Part shown: positions 37,240 through 41,016 of the stretch, piece after piece
How positions within the stretch are numbered: the stretch's first letter is position 1
Layout: each line of letters begins with the position of its first letter
Source of the DNA: Chthonomonadales bacterium
GTDB taxonomy: Bacteria > Armatimonadota > Chthonomonadetes > Chthonomonadales > Chthonomonadaceae
DNA: 41,016 bases
Direction: 5' to 3'
Assembly (NCBI GenBank): GCA_038217285.1
Contig: JBBQPO010000018.1
Span: 1-41,016 of the forward strand
Program-made: the position numbers and the translations under genes
The notes under the pieces: generated by a model
Databases searched by the model: none
What the model saw: the letters and a program-made list of their open reading frames with translations, nothing else
Told to the model about the DNA's origin: nothing

Positions 37240-38532
37240 ATGAATGGCTCCGCCGTTGCGGGCAGCGCCCGACGCAAAGCGTATCTGCATGTCGTGCTGC
37301 CGCTGTTTCTGGTCTCTGTGATCGCGTACCTGGACCGCATCAATCTGAGCTATGCCGCCCTCACGATGAACAAAGATCTGGGATTCAGCAGCGCGACGTT
37401 CGGCCTGGGCGCGGGCATCTTTTTCGCGGGCTATGTGCTGCTGGAGATTCCGGGGGCGCTCATCGCAGAGAAGCACAGCCCGAAATGGTGGCTGGCCCGT
37501 ATCCTGCTCACCTGGGGCCTGGTTTCCGGCGCGATGGCCTTCATCACCACCGTCTGGCAGTTCTACCTGCTGCGCTTTCTGCTCGGTGCGGCGGAAGCCA
37601 GTCTCTATCCCGTCCTCTACGCCTCCTGCATTCCCCGATGGTTCGGCCCCCGAGACCGTCCCCGCGCAATGGCGCTACTGCTGGCCTCCTTGCAGGTCTC
37701 CAGCATCATCGGCGCCCCACTGGCTGGATGGCTGCTCGGCGTCCCGCTCTTCGGCCTCAAAGGCTGGCAGGGTCTGTTTCTCCTCGAAGCCCTTCCGGCG
37801 ATCCTTCTCGGCATGCTGCTCGTGCGCTGGCTGGCGGACTGGCCGCGCGACGCCCGCTGGCTCACCCCGGAGGAGCAGCAGTTCCTCACCGCGCAGTACG
37901 AGCAGGAAGTCACGGCGAAGAACGCGGCGAGACGCTATACCGTCGGGCAGGCCCTGCAGGACAGGGAGGTGCTCAAACTCTGCGCGACCTACTTCCTCTG
38001 GATCACCGGTTTCTGGGGATTCGGCTACTGGATGCCGACGGTCCTGAAAGCCGCCTCCGGCTGGTCGAACCTGGCCGTGGGGGGGATGATCGTCGTCCCG
38101 ATGTGTCTCTCGCTGGCATTCATGCTCTGGATCGGGGATCACGCCTCGAAAACAGGGGAGAAACGGTGGCACGGCGCCATCGGAATGTTTCTGGGCGCGG
38201 CGGGTCTGCTGTTCGGTACAATGACCCACCATCCGCTCCTCGCGTTCGGCTTTATGTGTCTGGCGGCTATCGGCGTCTATGCGCCGTTCGGGGTCTGGTG
38301 GTCCTATCCGACCACCTTCCTCTGCGGCTCTGCGGCGGCGGGCGCGATAGGGATGATCAACTCCTTCGGCAACATCGGGGGCTTCGTGGGGCCGTACCTG
38401 ACCGGCTTCCTGAAAGAGAAGACAGGCAGCTATACCGCCGCCTGGGTCTTTCTCGCCTGCTCTCTGGTCTGCGCAGGTCTCCTGACACTGACCTTCAAAA
38501 AAGAGAGTCCTCCCGAACCTGGGCAACGTTGA
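37240..38532 (+). CDS. MFS transporter, anion:cation symporter (TtuB-like) family
   Basis: AYLDRINLSYA, GIFFAGY..LEIP, RFLLGAAEA, GWQGLFLLEALP, ARWLT and IGMINSFGNIGGFVGP. Confidence 0.92.
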   Translation: MNGSAVAGSARRKAYLHVVLPLFLVSVIAYLDRINLSYAALTMNKDLGFSSATFGLGAGIFFAGYVLLEIPGALIAEKHSPKWWLARILLTWGLVSGAMAFITTVWQFYLLRFLLGAAEASLYPVLYASCIPRWFGPRDRPRAMALLLASLQVSSIIGAPLAGWLLGVPLFGLKGWQGLFLLEALPAILLGMLLVRWLADWPRDARWLTPEEQQFLTAQYEQEVTAKNAARRYTVGQALQDREVLKLCATYFLWITGFWGFGYWMPTVLKAASGWSNLAVGGMIVVPMCLSLAFMLWIGDHASKTGEKRWHGAIGMFLGAAGLLFGTMTHHPLLAFGFMCLAAIGVYAPFGVWWSYPTTFLCGSAAAGAIGMINSFGNIGGFVGPYLTGFLKEKTGSYTAAWVFLACSLVCAGLLTLTFKKESPPEPGQR

Positions 38533-38567
38533 ACGAAGGCGACACTCCTCTCGGCAAAACCTGCGGT

Positions 38568-38593
38568 GCCGACAAATTTTTTGTCGGCGCTTT
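38568..38593 (+). terminator. Probable terminator after the MFS gene
   Basis: GCCGACAAA-ttt-TTTGTCGGC inverted repeat followed by GCTTT. Confidence 0.5.
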
Positions 38594-38662
38594 CCGCTTT
38601 GGCGCGGTGGCCCGGAGTAGCGTCATGTACTCTATAAAATGTCCGGAGGAGCAGAGACGCGC

Positions 38663-39190
38663 ATGAGCAACGAGACGATGGAGACGCCGACGCTGGATCA
38701 GGGCAGCCGCACCATGCCCGACTTTGTGAAACGCGGGCTTATTCGGGTGCAGGGGGGGCTGCTCTACCTGAAAGCGCCGTATCGGGTGCTGTGGATGCGA
38801 GAAGAACATCCCGACTGGTCGATTGTGACTTCGATTGAATACGCCGACTATGAGAAGGGGTTCGCGGTCATGCGGGCGGTCATCATGGATGGTGAGGGAC
38901 GCATCCTGGCGACGGCGCATAGCGAGGAGAGTCGCGGGAAATTGCCGTATTTAAGGAAGGCCGAAACTGGGGCTATTGCGCGAGCGCTGGCGCTGTGCGG
39001 TTATGGGACGCAGTTCGGAGAACTGGACGACGAGGAGGGGGGCGACGGTTCGCAGGGTGACCCGATGGGAGGGCCAGGGCGCAGCACGAACGGGAACGCC
39101 GCCATCGGAGCGCTGTGGAACGGTCCCGGCGCCTGTCCCTCCTGCCGCGCGCCCGCTGGCAAGAAGCACGCCTCCGGCTGTAAGGCTTAG
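38663..39190 (+). CDS. Rad52/Sak-like single-strand annealing family protein with a C-terminal C-x2-C-x7-H-x3-C motif
   Basis: YL...YRVLWMREEHP, GRILATAH.EE and KAETGAIARALALCGYGTQF resemble phage-type Rad52-fold annealases; GGAGG RBS. Confidence 0.6.
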   Translation: MSNETMETPTLDQGSRTMPDFVKRGLIRVQGGLLYLKAPYRVLWMREEHPDWSIVTSIEYADYEKGFAVMRAVIMDGEGRILATAHSEESRGKLPYLRKAETGAIARALALCGYGTQFGELDDEEGGDGSQGDPMGGPGRSTNGNAAIGALWNGPGACPSCRAPAGKKHASGCKA

Positions 39191-39272
39191 ACGTGACTCC
39201 GCCTGAGCCGTCTACGATGCCTGACGGCTTGATCTTCTACGGTGCGATGTGGCAGACTGCGCCGCGTGTCCT

Positions 39273-39542
39273 TCAGGCCGCTTCGAGCGGGGTGGGACTC
39301 GCTTCGTATCGGACGCCCGGCACCGGTTCGCCAGGCAGTTGGTTGTGCCACTGCGCCTGAACCCAGATCCAGGGCAGATAGCCGTCCAACGGCTCTGTCC
39401 CGCACACGGAACACTGCGTAAAATCGAAGGACGGATAGTCCTCTTCGCTAAAACCTTGTTTGCACGCACTACACCAGGTGAACGTTTTCGTTCGCTGCTC
39501 GCAACCGGGGTGGTCGACGGCGCGAATCATTTGATCCTGCAA
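39273..39542 (-). CDS. Small hypothetical protein with two CxxC motifs
   Basis: AAGGAGG RBS 8 nt before the TTG at 39542, TATAAT at 39628-39623, motifs WCSAC and CSVC. Confidence 0.6.
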   Translation of the reverse strand: MQDQMIRAVDHPGCEQRTKTFTWCSACKQGFSEEDYPSFDFTQCSVCGTEPLDGYLPWIWVQAQWHNQLPGEPVPGVRYEASPTPLEAA

Positions 39543-39741
39543 GATCCGATCCTCCTTATTGAACGGTTTTGAACCAGTTAGAGATCGTTGGATTTCACGG
39601 ACACACCATAAGTCTCTACCATTATACCGCTTACAGACGTGCAAATATCCTGTCTGCACATCAAATCGCCCCTCGGTACCTTTTTTTTGACTTTGAAACG
39701 CCTTAAACTTCTGATTTTGGGAGCAGTCAGGTCGAAAAGGA

Positions 39742-40590
39742 TCAGGGGGGGGCCATACACGGCAGTTCGATCACGCAAGCGCTGCCCTGACCCAGCACAC
39801 TCTCGGCATGCAAGGTGCCTCCCATCGCCGTCGCCAATTGCTGTGACAGAGCCAGGCCAAGGCCGGTGCCCTCGATGCCGGTATGGATCGCTCCCAGGCG
39901 CTCGAACGGGGTGAAGAGACTGGGGATGTCTTCGGGCGCAATGCCCACTCCCGTATCCCGGACGATGAGGCGCACACGTTCGTCGGACAGGGACTCGCAG
40001 GAGATTTCGACCCGGCCTGCAGGGCGATTGTACTTAATCCAGGCGGCATCTTCGTCAAACACGAATTCGAGGAGAGTGAGACCGGACATCTCCTCCTCGC
40101 TGTAGCCCAGCATCATCGCCATCTGGCTATTGACGTAGGTCGTACGAAACTCTCTATTCAGCACCCAGACGCCTTCCAGAGTCGTTTCGACGATTCGACG
40201 ATAGCGTTCCTCGCTTTCGCGCAACGTCTGTTCGGCCTGTCTGCGTTCGGTGATGTTCGCATGCGTTATCATCGTACACTGCGTCCCCTCGGTATCGAAG
40301 CACGTCACGCGCAGGATAAACCAGCGCTGTTGGGTGGGACTGTGACAGGGATACTCCAGGCTAAACTCCGGACGCTTTCCCGCCATCACCTCACGAATGC
40401 CTTCGATGACCGCCGGCGCCTCCTGCGCGCGCATCCTGTACGCCTCTCCGCACACCGTCAGGTAGTTGGCTCCGACCCCGCACGAGCGCGCCGTACCGCC
40501 ATTCTCCTCGGCAAAACGCTCCCAGGCTCGATTGACAGCGACAATGGTTCCGTCTTCGTCAAGCACCGCCATATGAGACGTCAGCGCATC
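39742..40590 (-). pseudogene. PAS-PAS sensor histidine kinase remnant with an in-frame internal deletion
   Basis: Complete PAS, then a partial second PAS (…EFVFDED) fused directly to the HATPase N-box tail IKYNRPAGRV, DTGVGI, FTPFER and GTGLGL; no HisKA/H-box. Confidence 0.75.
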
Positions 40591-40611
40591 AAGGAAGGAG
40601 AGGAGAGCTCT

Positions 40612-40876
40612 ATGCCTGCAAGGATGATCCCCGTGTTTATCAGTGTGGCGCTTCTATCGGCGGGCGCAGCGCTCGCGCAGGCCCGTGGGCCGCAAGTCTC
40701 CGGCGCACCGCACCTCCCGAACGTCAAACCGCCCAGCTTTGCGTCGCTCTTTCCGAACCCTACCCACAATAACGGCTATGAAGAGTGGGTTCAGGCTGCA
40801 GATCTTATTCAGAACAACGCGAATGTCGAGGCGTTGATCGTCCAGCCGGACGCGACCCTCTCTTTCAAACGCCATG
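40612..40876 (+). pseudogene. Secreted hypothetical protein truncated by IS insertion
   Basis: Strong RBS, signal peptide MPARMIPVFISVALLSAGAALA and NNGYEEWVQAAD; the frame runs into IS DNA at about 40875 and stops at 40965. Confidence 0.6.
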
Positions 40877-41016
40877 TGGACCTCTGTCGAATCTATAGTC
40901 AGTGCGTTAAGGGGCGTCGCTTCGCGGTATGCTATACACAGCAAACGAAGCGAGGAACCCCATGAGCACCGTACGCAAGTCTTACACCGCAGAGTTCAAA
41001 CGTGAAGCCGTCCGAC
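40875..41016 (+). mobile_element. IS3-family insertion sequence, left end
   Basis: TG-starting putative IRL at 40875/40877, about 85 nt before an OrfA start; the element continues beyond the window. Confidence 0.8.
40962..41016 (+). CDS. IS3-family transposase OrfA (5' fragment)
   Basis: GAGGA RBS, then MSTVRKSYTAEFKREAVR, the typical HTH_Tnp_1 N-terminus. Confidence 0.88.
   Translation, partial: MSTVRKSYTAEFKREAVR

Noticed and set aside
39883-40965. 360-aa ORF as a single gene
   Set aside because: The 5' two-thirds is antisense to the kinase remnant; only 40612 onward has an RBS and signal peptide, and the tail is IS read-through.
38663-41016. Intact prophage or defence island
   Set aside because: No integrase, structural or recognisable defence genes in the window; only isolated and decayed genes.

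Overview
A GC-rich bacterial chromosomal window. The lineage is most consistent with Armatimonadota (inference from two prepilin/H-X9-DG genes with the LFPVFAQAR motif, a PEP-CTERM protein, and a Firmicute-like scpA-scpB-prsA-yabN-cymR-cysK block). Housekeeping genes are ftsK, scpAB, a PrsA-like foldase, yabN/mazG, Rrf2-cysK, msrB, gpmA and mqnD. Signalling and envelope modules are a FecR-domain plus CHASE2 class III cyclase pair, an orphan ECF sigma factor, an orphan OmpR-type regulator before a DUF4331-DUF4331-TPR-RcnA/NicO operon, a Crp/Fnr regulator, a TPR-AAA ATPase and a secreted WD40 protein. The right end is a decaying accessory patch: a Rad52/Sak-like gene, a small Cys-rich ORF, an internally deleted histidine kinase, and a gene cut by an IS3 element. 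The most notable signals are (1) a GGAAC-N17-(C/T)GTC ECF promoter in five intergenic regions, including upstream of the ECF sigma gene itself, (2) a CHASE2 cyclase whose purine-selecting Lys is replaced by Gly, coupled to a FecR protein with a pilin-like C-terminus, and (3) 11-bp-phased OmpR/PhoB-type boxes before the DUF4331 operon. No rRNA, tRNA or CRISPR array was seen. All family calls come from motif recognition by eye, not database searches.
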